Assembly: GCA_030141605.1 (NCBI GenBank)
Contig: JAQGDQ010000005.1
Coordinates: 1,178,180-1,242,179, forward strand
Length of the DNA stretch: 64,000 bases
Reading direction: 5' to 3'
Origin: Tubiluchus corallicola
Taxonomy: Eukaryota; Animalia; Priapulida
Below the pieces are notes generated by a model. The model was not told the origin of the DNA. It searched no databases and saw only the letters and a program-made list of their open reading frames with translations. Shown here piece by piece: positions 12,101 through 22,898 of this stretch; the first letter of the stretch is position 1, and each line of letters begins with the position of its first letter. Position numbers and translations under genes: made by a program.

Positions 12101-14925
12101 TTAAGAATCAGAACAAATCAGACTAGTTTGCTCAAAAGAAAATAAGACATTTATGAATCAACATCAAGGTGAATGGATTTATACAAGTGATAGGGATTTA
12201 TTTCAATGACAATTATCATTTTCATCAGCGTTTTATTTCTAACGCAAAATAAATTTTAAGATTGAAGAAGTTTCGGCTAAAGTTTACAATTCCCACACAC
12301 GAGAAATTAGTTCGTGAAGCAGATTAGGGTTAGGGTTATGATTAGGGAAATTGTAAAGAAATTTAAAATTATTGTTTAGTTAATAGCCATCAAACTCAAA
12401 ATCTTCCTTCGTAGAAAGGGAGTGTGCATACGCACCCGTACGTGGCTAAAAGAGCCTTCTGGCAGCTCAGGGTCTCATTATAGAAGATTATCAATGATAA
12501 TGAGATAACTTCCTGTAAGTTCTCCACATTCACATACTTGTAGGCCTCGCTTTTGAGTGTTGGATTTTGGCTTGCAGAACGGCAAACTGTGTATAATGTA
12601 AAAACGAATTTTTAAGACCGCTAAAGTGGACTTCCCAAGCAATTGCATAACTACACGCGCTCTCATACCCCAATTTCAGGTAATCTGTGGGTTAGAAGAG
12701 CCCTTGGATGTGAAGAAGAGCTGCCAAAATCAAAAATGTAATGCATAATTACAATTACTAGATACGTGGCTCCCACATGAAATTACAAAGAAGTAAATTT
12801 AAAGGCAAGTTGTAACACCTAACTGATTTTAAAAACACTAATGTATCCACAGCCATGAGAGTCAAAAATTTCACTTTAAATGATAGGAGCCCAATGAATT
12901 AGTTTGCAGGAGTCTCAATAGTATAGTTAGGTTAGTTACATTATTGTTTTCAACATATCATGTAATAATATGTGATGGAGTCATCAGCTAATGCAAAAAC
13001 TTCTATAGGCTATGCAGATTTGTTTCTTAACAATTGTTTAATTTTACAGTTTTAGAAAAAAAACGCTGACGATGACAAAATAAACCTCCTATCAGAAATA
13101 ATTTGCTGAATTCGAGGACAACTGTTCTGGTTTTATTCTTACTTCTACAAAACTCTGAAAATTTTAGAGTGTCTCCCATTCTCAACTCAAGGCCTCAAGT
13201 ATAGCCACTGACTTTACCACACATCATTATAATAAACAGTTTTGGTACATCAAAGTGTAAAAGTATGACTCCATATGCGCGTAATCCGTAATGCGTAAAC
13301 AACAATTTATATTTAAACACGTGGAAGTGTTCCATGTGTAAGTAATGCGTGACACGTGATCGGTATTCACTCAAACATGGTTGCTATCGTCCAAATACAC
13401 ATTACACAGCAATACGCAGATGGGGAACTGCTGTCGCCTAGGTAATTTAGTGAGTTTTCAAGTTTTTGGTGACTATTTTCACTGATTGGCTTTCTGCAAA
13501 TTCTGGTTAGGCGAGTTACAGTTCTTTCACTAAATGATGATACATGCCATTGGCTATTGTTCTCTCCCCTGCAAAATGTTGTGCACCCAAAACCTGTGCT
13601 TCCATTTTCGTCTAATAATACAATAATAAGCTAATGTTACCAGTGTAATTATCATACTGAAATTTCGACAGAAGCATGGCTTCCAAAAATTATTACTAGA
13701 AATTTTAACAAACAGCAACCAAAATGGTGGAAAGGTGCCATGAGCTTTGTTAATGTCCAAGATATTCAATGACACATGGAAACAGTTAACACATGTCACG
13801 CACTATAGTTTGTAATTTCTACAACAAAAAAGGTACATATTTTAAGCCACCTTACCCAACACCTTGCATAAAAAGTAAACAATACATGGGCTGACATAGC
13901 ACAATAATTAACAAATGATAATCACTGATGTCCTTACCTGGTCCTCTGGCAGATATGGCATTGCCTCATTTCCATCAAGAATAACAGAGCCATTGAAAAC
14001 AACATTCACTGTACTGGTGTAGACCAGCCTCTTCACTCCATGTTGCCGGCATGATTCTATGACATTTTTTGTTCCATTAATATTTATTTCTTCAGTCATG
14101 GTCTGTTGAAACTGTAAGCAAAATTAAAAAATAAGTATAAGCTACTTCCTATTTGTGAATAATTTGATATCAAACTTTTAAGGAGTAAAGTTTCTGGAAC
14201 AGTATTCAGCAGATGTCCAAAATACTCAGGTTCTAAATGAGAAATACAGTCTCTTTTAACATGTGTAGCCATTCCAGCTAATGGTGCTTTTAAAATATAA
14301 ACATCAATTAATTTGGATGTGAAACTTTGAAGTACAACTAGTCATGACAACTGGTCAATATATATCATGTGCTTCTCAATACATGCAGAACATGCGAAAG
14401 TTTACAGGTACACACATTTATTATGTATGCAAAACACAAATAGGCAGAAAACTTCTCTAATGCCTGTCACTTACCATCTGCTTTCCTGACATGCCATATG
14501 ATGCCACATGATAAATGCAGGCTACACCTTCAGCAGCTCTCAAGACATCATCCAATTTTCGAATATCTCCCTAAAACAAAAATGATCCTTTTAACAAAGG
14601 TTATATAATAAGTAATATGCAAGCTAAGAACCCTACATTTCATTTAATGACTTTTCTGATAAAAAATTAGCCTTGTTAAAGAGAAATATATTGAACAAAC
14701 CTGAACAAACTGAACACTGCTGCCATAAGTAAAACTTGGTTGGATGACATCGAATATTATAACTTTGAGACCTTTCATTTGTAAAGCTTTCAGAAGGTGT
14801 TCACCCACATATCCCCCACCACCCGTTATCAGATGGATTTCTGGAAATTGAGGCTGACAACTGGTTAAGCTGTCAGCCATATCACCAAATCCTGATTCTC
14901 CTTCAGAATCAGCTGCTGCTGGCAT
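6155..14925 (-). CDS. SDR42E1: Short-chain dehydrogenase/reductase family 42E (3-beta-HSD-like extended SDR), ~412 aa; coding exons 14925-14701, 14570-14475, 14111-13938, 12016-11858, 10786-10649, 10390-10325, 9737-9674, 7943-7870, 6397-6155
   Basis: TGGGGYVG Rossmann motif, [33 protein letters not shown], catalytic DHYSRTK (YxxxK), [49 protein letters not shown] and a C-terminal TM helix. All 8 introns are GT-AG and in phase. An alternative in-frame ATG lies at 14880. E1 vs E2 orthology is not resolved. Confidence 0.92.
6549..7135. mobile_element. pogo/Tc1-mariner-type MITE in SDR42E last intron
   Basis: TIR CAGTAAACTAC.TATAACT / AGTTATACTTAGTTTACTG; TA on the left (TG on the right); internal TTCGAGTTA repeats. 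Confidence 0.75.
8443..9371. mobile_element. pogo/Tigger-like MITE (929 bp) in SDR42E intron
   Basis: Perfect 20-bp TIR CAGTCTAGCCTCGTTATCTC / GAGATAACGAGGCTAGACTG with TA TSD on both sides; subterminal CTCGTTA/CTCGCC repeats. Confidence 0.9.
10853..11203. mobile_element. Degenerate hAT-like MITE (GGAGTCGG-type subterminal motif)
   Basis: Left TAGGGTTGTGGAGTTGG, right CCGACTCCTCACACCATA, internal GGAGCCAGAGTC; TSD not resolved. Confidence 0.45.
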
Positions 14926-14992
14926 CAGCCGCTGGAAACTAAAAACAAAAATGAGATGTACAACAAGAACAAACGATTTTGTGCATACCTGC

Positions 14993-15373
14993 ATCAGTTG
15001 CCATCTAGGCTATAAGTATGAGTATAAGCTTCTTAGCAAAACTGAAAACAACATACGCTCACATATATCGGTTTGTCGGGCATCGCTTTTACAGATATCG
15101 GAAGGATTGGAGAAAATCTAGACCGTTAAAAAGTCCAGCATACTACGGACACAGTCCTTTGTTTCACGAGCTGACTACTAGAGCCAATGTAAAGTCAATT
15201 ATGCAGAGTTATTTGAGTCAATTCCCGATAGTTTTTATATACTTTTTATAGGAGCGGTCCGTACTAGATGTTTTTGAGACAATTAGGTGATTGATTCTAC
15301 AGTACCGTGCGTCTAGTACACGGCACCTACTGTATTAGCTTAGTATCAGTAAATACGGACAATTGGCAAATTC
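14993..15373. mobile_element. Degenerate hAT-like MITE upstream of the first SDR42E coding exon
   Basis: CAGTTGCCA ... TTGGCAAAT inverted ends, with internal TACGGAC/GTCCGTA subterminal motifs. Confidence 0.35.
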
Positions 15374-15949
15374 TCCCTGCTTTTGTCCAGCAAACCAAGA
15401 TATGAATGTAATTAAATTTGCATGCAGTTTTATATAGTTCGACATTCTTCAATCTGGGACTTAGTACTGCTATTCCAGCAGGGTCTACTCAACGTACGAG
15501 TCTGGTTATGGCATGATCGAAACATTTTTCCACAAGACACCTCAATATGGAACTAATATGCATAGTGTTACTGAACTTGAGCATTTTTTAAGCTTCAAAC
15601 ATTTTGGCTATATAAAACCATATATTCAAACATTTGGTACAAACAAGTACCAAACATGTTTTTGAAAGAAACATCTGAAACTATGTGAGTAATGAATTAA
15701 TACCCATTTATTCATGAAAATGCAATGTGTCTTTCAAAGGAGGCAATGTTGCATCCAGTTGCAAGTGTCCTTATTGCAAACAAGTAGTCACAAGTTCCAA
15801 AGGTGTTCGATAAGGTGTGCCATATCTGGTTGACCCCAAGCGTCAAAATGTTAATAATGAGTTGTATGAATTCTTTCTTGGCAAGATAGGCAAGTGCTCT
15901 GTTGTTGTGATACATGCGATAAGCTATGGATATTTAAAGTCCGTAGCAC

Positions 15950-16510
15950 AACTCACAACGCAGTCAAAATCCATGGAAACATTGCAGAAATGAATCGGAT
16001 GCTTAAAATTCAAAACCAAAATATGCAGTGTCTACTAAATAGTAAGGAATACAATTTAAGTGTATTGAAAATAGAATCGGGCAATTAGAAAGTCACGGTG
16101 TAGCTATGAATGACAATAGAAAGGTTGTGAATGAGGAACGTGACAAAGATTCAAAGCAAGGAAACACAGTTGTCAAACATTCTTTCGAAAACATGAAAGC
16201 TTGGTTAAGGGAGAATTTGGTGTGGTGTAAGTATAATCCTTTAGTAGTTAATACTAAGATGGATAGACTGAACAAACCTAAAGAGGGATACAACATACAT
16301 TTAAGATTAATCATGAATTCTATTTCATATTAGTGGATTATCCTATGAAATGGAAAAAAGTTGAAAGATAGTGGTCAATATAAAGAAGTCTATTTTAAAG
16401 CAGATCAAAAGCAATTACGAACTACAAAAATAACTGAAGAATGGATCAAAACACGAAGAGAAAAAGACGAAGATAATCTTGCTATTAAAAAGGATAAAAT
16501 GTATCAGTCA
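15950..16510 (+). mobile_element. Decayed ORF1-like coding remnant of a non-LTR retrotransposon (CR1/L2-type)
   Basis: Reading through two in-frame stops gives RLNKPKEGYNIHLRLIMNSISY*WIIL*NGKKLKDSGQYKEVYFKADQ...IKTRREKDEDNLAIKKDK. This matches the recalled ORF1 C-terminal pattern RLG..RPLKV..IL.NAKKLK..VYI..D..LK.RR..GE.NL.I. Confidence 0.6.
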
Positions 16511-17049
16511 GTCATATAGTGCCAGACAGAAAGTATTCAAAATCTGATTGGCCAGTAAGTACAATGACAAAATGAGGATCACTATAAACAGACAATACTT
16601 TTGCTCAATCTCAACCAATATTGACAATACAGGAACATGAAGAGGAACATGTGGAGTCTGCTGATGCCAGTTGATTTGCATGGTAATAGCAATAATGACC
16701 CACAATCGTCAACAATCAAGGACGTTTATCCTGGAACCAGTTGGCAGTTGATAGAAATTGACAATATCTGTAAAAATACGAGGACTACTAAGAGCAGTAG
16801 TACTTCTGTGAATACTTGACACACAAGACAAAACAATCTTGTACATAGCAAAAGTAGAGTTATTGACACTATGACTAATTCCGCACCTTGCTGTTCAAGC
16901 TTAAGAAGAAGCTGTTCTTCTAATAATTCAGCTCTGAACCAGGGATGAGATGATCGACTAATTTCCTAATCAGAAAAAAAATTTGGCCAGCAAACTGGAG
17001 AACTGCAGTCCACTAAAAATCCACACTTTTGTATTAATAGTGACCCGTA

Positions 17050-17420
17050 ACGGCTCTGCTAATTTAATTCAAATCAGCGATCCATCCTGATCCATAATGT
17101 TTCCGATTTGCAATCTTGCTTATATGGCTATTTTTAATTCAAATGCACATAATAATGTGCATTTTTACCTAACCTTGGTTTAAAAAAATGAAAATATTTT
17201 AAATTAGTGGAAGTTGCACTCTTTTGAAGTGTGGCCACTAGGTGATTTCACTTTTATTGATTAATTACAAATGTAAGGGGGACTATTAGAATATTCTCTA
17301 TCTGATGTTGTATTATTTTAACATTAGTATTTTTAATAGCAAATAAAAATTTTTACAACAGCTGTGGCTGATGCTACTAGTACAGAAATATATTTGTTTA
17401 ATGATTAATGAAGCTAATTA
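17050..17420. repeat. Left arm of ~370-bp diverged inverted repeat (partner 20348-20697)
   Basis: For example TTTAATGATTAATGAAGCTAATTA is the reverse complement of TAATTAGCTTCATTAATCATTAAA; collinear over the whole arm. Confidence 0.8.
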
Positions 17421-19450
17421 AGATTCTGCAGAATCTTCTTGATTTACCACCAGTTTTTATTATTTATTTATCATTATTCCACCATTTTGTTTCTTTAATA
17501 ACTTGCACATACACAGGGCATGTCACAGGGCTACGGTGACAAAACTCACAGGACACACTCCTCAGGCAGGGAGATTTATGTTCACACATGGCCGGTAACT
17601 CTCGGGTCAAAGGTCATGAAGCGGAAGGACAAATTGGCGTACAGGAAAATTTTTTGGTAGGGGAGAAAAAGCTTTCATTGGGTTTGTTATGGGAATGCTT
17701 AAGGGAGTTTTATAACTCTTTAGAAGGAGAAAGAACTGGGCTACAAGATGATATAAATTGTTTCTGAAAACACCTGGACGAGCGCGAGCATCGATTGATA
17801 TATTTATGGCTAAATTGCAGAAATTTTGCACGTGATTAGTCTGGCAAAACAAATGACGTCACACAGTTTGCCTCACTATTATAGCTGTTATAAACCGACT
17901 GTGATTTGAGCATACGTGGCATAACCGTCAGAGTGTGTGACTTTGTGTCTGTAAGTTGCATGTTCGAAACCCACTTAAATATTCCAGACCTGTTTTTTTA
18001 TGTCCGTTTTCGGTTCACACTGTTTGGAAATTATGCAAACTACTTCTGTCAGTTTCTACAAAATTATATTAATTGTATTTTCGTTTTCCTTAAAATTTAT
18101 TTAAATGTGCTAATGTTAAAGTGCTATTGAAATCAAAATGAATTACTATTCTGCAACTTTATGAAACTCCCTGATAACTGTATAAGGAAATACCTGTGTG
18201 GTCATGTTGTGTGCTTGGTTCAGTTGGTTGAGAAGAAAACAACATAGGACTTGGTTAGTAATTACATTGGTGACTAGTCAAATGTGAATACTTTTCATTT
18301 TACTAAAACAAAATACAATTCCTAAGTTCTCAAACATGGCAAATTCAACAGAAGCAGTTTTATGCTCTTCACTGCCCTCAGTTATGAACCACTGGTGAAA
18401 AACTGGCAACTTCCGACTGCCTTGAGTTACGGACCACTTGTGAAAAAGTAACAAGTTCCGAATTCTCTAAAGCTTTTAATATCAAGCAGAACATTTGATC
18501 TTAATTATTTCTGAAAACATTTTTTATTTTAAAACAAAAGCTCTCACATAAAGCATCTCCTGTCACAAAAGGAGAATCTTACCACAGTCAATCTTGACAC
18601 TGTCAAAAATGTCCACTAGTTAAGATGCTGTTTACAGCAAAATGTTCTTGACGTACCCACAGTTTTTATTTATTTATTAAGATTCTGCTTACAGCTTACA
18701 GCAGAATGTTCTTGATTTACCCCGGTTTTTATCATTTTTATTGTTCTTCTTCTTCTTCCCCTTTTTGTTTCTTTAATAACTCACACATGCACATTGCTAG
18801 GGTCATGAAACTCACAGAGCATACTCCCCAGGTAGGGTATGTATGCTCGCACATGACCCGTCACTGTCGGGTCAAAGGTCATGAAACAGGCGGGACTTAT
18901 TGTTTTTCGTTAGGCTGGATCTCCTCCTACAGTTTTTGAGTAAGGCCACAATTTTTGGTATGTGGCTAGGTGGAGTCGAGTTATTGAATACAAGTAATTG
19001 GCACACAGGAAAATATTTTGGTAGGAGGCAAAAACCAAAATTGAGGGCCGGGGAGACAAATGTTTCCACTGTCAGGCAGCAGCAGGTTGTAGTACATCAA
19101 ATGAAAGGCTGAATGAAACTAATTAAGTGGCATGAGTCACGCTGATATTGGTTGACCCTTGACCCTAAGGTGACAGGAAAATTAACAAGTTGCAATTTTA
19201 GTATCTTGTGGTACATCAAATGAAAGGTTTTGGTGAGACAAATTGAACTGTACGACCTAAGCCTAGAATGCTTCAACCCGTGACCCCTCTGGGTGGGAAA
19301 AACTGATATTGGAAGTCAAGGATACAAATGTACCCAGTGTCAACCTACAGTAGGTTGTAGTACATCAAATGAAAAGCCTCACTGAGACAAACTGACTGGT
19401 AAGAGTCACACACACATTGGTTGGCCTTGACCCACAGGTTACCAATCAAA
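17420..19450 (+). mobile_element. Cluster of nested Helentron/HINE-like non-autonomous elements
   Basis: Copies at 17420-~17680, ~18636-18678 (truncated) and 18679-~19450. The two longer copies start with an AAGATTCTGC..GCAGAAT hairpin plus a T-rich tract and share AAACTCACAG and GGGTCAAAGGTCATGAA. GTACATCAAATGAAA repeats at 19092, 19211 and 19360. Confidence 0.6.
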
Positions 19451-20347
19451 AAGTGACACACCAGTAGAGTCACAATTGCTGAATGCAGTGTGCAACAATT
19501 TGCTTTATCAACATGTGTTATGCAAACCTGCTACATGTAATCTCCCAGCTGTTTAGATCTGGTTTTCAGTAACAACCCAGACTTGACATATAAGGTTGAA
19601 GCACTTAGAAAAAAATGACCATTTTTTACAGCATGATCTTTTTTGTATGGATTGAACAGTACGGAGTAAAACCACCCATTGACAAACTGAACTATTTAAA
19701 GCAAACTATGGACTAACAAACCAACACTTAGCTCAAATCAGCTGATCCAACTCATTAAAAAAGAACATTGCACTTTTATTCTTTTTGCCAAGTGCAGGCT
19801 CGCATTGTCAGACTTATCTGGATGGGAAAATCGCAATACTTTTCTCACCAGCTGTTTACATACAGTGGTGCAGCATGTGCTAATGTCAGCACGAGATGAT
19901 GTACCAGTAATTTTTGCGCAAACATGGTTAATTCTCCAATTCTTCGTTTTTTCGGTAGAAAATAACACTTTGCTGCTTCCATGAAGGTTTTCACATAATG
20001 TAATGACCCGATATGTTGACAATTTTCTTTTGATAAAAAAATTAAACTCAAGTTGCTTTACAGTTTAGAACCTTTTTAACTTCGTAACATCTCATCAACT
20101 TTCAAGCAGTGATGAGTTGACCACGATTCTGAGGACAGGATATTTGCAGATTGGATTGTGGATCTAGTATTTAAAATAAGGACTTATGTGGACCAGATGC
20201 GGGTCAAAAATTTGGCAGATCGGATCTTTGCAGATCTATGTTAATTTTCATTAATGTTAGATAAGAACGTACGTGTCGCAGGAAGTAAACAACAAGTCAA
20301 CACTCATCACAAGCTACCAGGTTGAACAACAATGAAATGAAAATAAT

Positions 20348-20697
20348 AATTAGCTTCATTAATCATTAAAAGTACTGTACTGGTAGTAGCAGCAGTAGCA
20401 GAATCATTTATTTGTTAATAAAAATACTAATGTTAAAACAACACAATAACATCAACTAGAGCATATTCTATTATTCCCTCTTACAGTTGCAATTAATCAA
20501 TGAAAATCAAGCCATTAAGTGGACATACTGCAATAGGGTGCAGTTTCCACCGATTTAAAATATTTTGTTTAAACCAATTTATACTATAGCATAGGTAAAA
20601 ATGCAGATTATTATGCCAATTTGTGTTAAAAACAGTCATGTAAGCAGGACTGCGAATCAGGAAGGATCGGCTGACATGAATTAATTTAGTAGAGCAA
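20348..20697. repeat. Right arm of ~370-bp diverged inverted repeat (partner 17050-17420)
   Basis: Reverse complement aligns to 17050-17420. Confidence 0.8.
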
Positions 20698-21692
20698 ATG
20701 CGGTCTCAAATTTCCAACCAAAGTGAACTAAACCTATGCAAAAGAGGAAAGTGAGATATGACTAAATTATAGGTGCCACTAAACTATTCATCTTTCATTA
20801 TACAACTGAGCGGTCTTCTTTTTTACCTTTCAATTACCACTCCATTTCAAAGCGACAAGTGCAATACCGTAAACGTTTTTCAATTTCCAGCAGCAGTTGC
20901 AGCAGCAGTGGACATTTCAAACGACGCAATAGCAGTAACCTTAATCAGTTGATGCTTTCAGGGAGGCGTATAACTCTTATGTGTAACCATAGATATGTCA
21001 TGTAATCAGTATTTGCTAGAGTGCTAGACTGCAATCTGCTGGGGTGAATTTTCGAACTCAAATAAAACCAAACTTCGAGATTTTCGAATCCTGGTCGAAA
21101 TCCGTTTTAAAGATTTTCGAGTAACTTAAAAAAAGTGGTTACACTCTCACAAGGATCATGCATAGTACTTTATTTTGTTCTGCATTAAAAACAGTAATAA
21201 TCAATAAGTTTGTTTAAAAATTGTGCACAGAAATCACAGCCAAATTATGCTGATTGCATGATTAAAATATTTTGTTAGGAATTACAAAAACAAGTAATGC
21301 TATAGAACATGTGTTGCTGAAATAGTAGAGCATCTATGGTGCCCTCAATTACGACATTATTTTGCGTGGAAACTACGTATACCTTGCGCAGCCAGCCAAT
21401 CCTTCGAACTGAATGGCCGGGAAATTAGCCTCCCCTTAGCCCCACTGAACACACTGTACTGTAATTAGTGACGCACAAAATGGAGGCAAGATAGTAGAAC
21501 ATATCACGATAGTATGCACAAGACAAGCTTGTGAGGTATTTGCAAGAATAATGGAGGATCCATGGTTCATTATTCTTATCCTGATACTATACTTATACTT
21601 CTTTTGACTCTATTATTCTTTTAACCTTAATGCCAAAATTATCAATTGCGGATGGACTAGATCTATTATAAGAACAGATTTGAAACCTAACA

Positions 21693-21765
21693 GGTGTGAT
21701 GGCCCAGCGGTTGCAGAAGATAACTGCTCAACTGGAAGCTTAGTGTTCGACTTCCAAGTCAATTA
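21693..21765 (+). mobile_element. tRNA-derived SINE-like head
   Basis: A-box-like TGGCCCAGCGG and B-box-like GTTCGACTTCC at tRNA spacing, with no intact cloverleaf. Confidence 0.45.
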
Positions 21766-22898
21766 CCACTCAAGGTAGTACCCGTAGCTAGTTCTTCACT
21801 GTTACATGCATTTCGCCATTTGTTAGCTAGGCCGGCACTATAGCGCCTGCATTTCAAAAATGCATTGTATAAAAACAGTAGCTATACCTCTCACTTCAGA
21901 GATGTTCGTTTCTGATGTTGTTGCACAGCGGTAAATTTGAATTTTTATCTTAAATATAGCGACTTTTTGTATATCACACTGAATCTTGTGCAGTAACACA
22001 GCCTATTATGACTTTTTTCGGTTTATGTAGTATTTAACGTGTATTGCTTTGCAATGTACATTGTATGTTTTCGTGCAAATAAAAGTGAATTGAATTGAAT
22101 TGCACTTTAATTTTCGCTTTTACAAACACGCTCATGGAGTGTTTGTCCGTTGAAAATTGTGTTCGTCGGTGACGTCAACACTAGCTGAGCTCCTCCTCAG
22201 TTGATTAAGTTTTAAACCCATTATTTAATTATCTTAAACACTATGGCATCGTTGTAGGTGTTAAGATGTATACATTTTGCCTACCTTTCAAAATAGGGTA
22301 GGATATGGAAAATCGCGCTGTTTTGCTTTAACTGATTAACTGACCATATGCTGGGGGAATAAAGACACTCGTCTTCCTTAACCGAATGCTGAATCTTTGT
22401 AAATAGACGCAGTAGAGCTATGCTCAGTGATTTACGACAATTCTTCTTTTTTGAAATCGAGGGAAAGACAGAACTTTTGAAAAGAGCGACTTTGGCATTA
22501 TACAGCTGTGATAATCACAGTATTGAATCTAGAGCTTTTCCGCTAAAAACCGAACGTTCTGAACCATTTTGAAATTTCAAACTCGGCCCAACTCAACACA
22601 TGGGAGGACGTGTATGGGATTTAACGCTTCAATAGTCACTTCCATGATTAAAATAAAACAAGTGTCTAAAACTTATTTAAATGTTTAACTCACTGAACAA
22701 ATTTATTATTATACATGCAACAACTAATGAGTTATTAATGAACAACATGACGCATTGTGAAATTGTTAGCATCAAAAAATAATATTTATCTATAAGACTG
22801 CATAAACTTTTTCAGCTTTAATACATTTTAATTAATTGTTAATGTACTAGCTGTGACTAGTAACAAATCTTTCCTTAACAATATCGCAACATTTTCCT

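Noticed and set aside
12284-12358. TTAGGG repeats flanked by a short inverted repeat
   Set aside because: Only ~3 units; more likely a small MITE remnant than a telomere or fusion site
15712-15915. Minus ORF with ..IASFERH.. resembling the hAT dimerisation motif
   Set aside because: Similarity too weak to support without a search
19738-20051. Two overlapping minus-strand ORFs
   Set aside because: No recognisable motif or splice context; inside the repeat cluster and at best a decayed TE
21693-21765. Possible tRNA gene
   Set aside because: Acceptor and anticodon stems do not pair; treated as SINE-like
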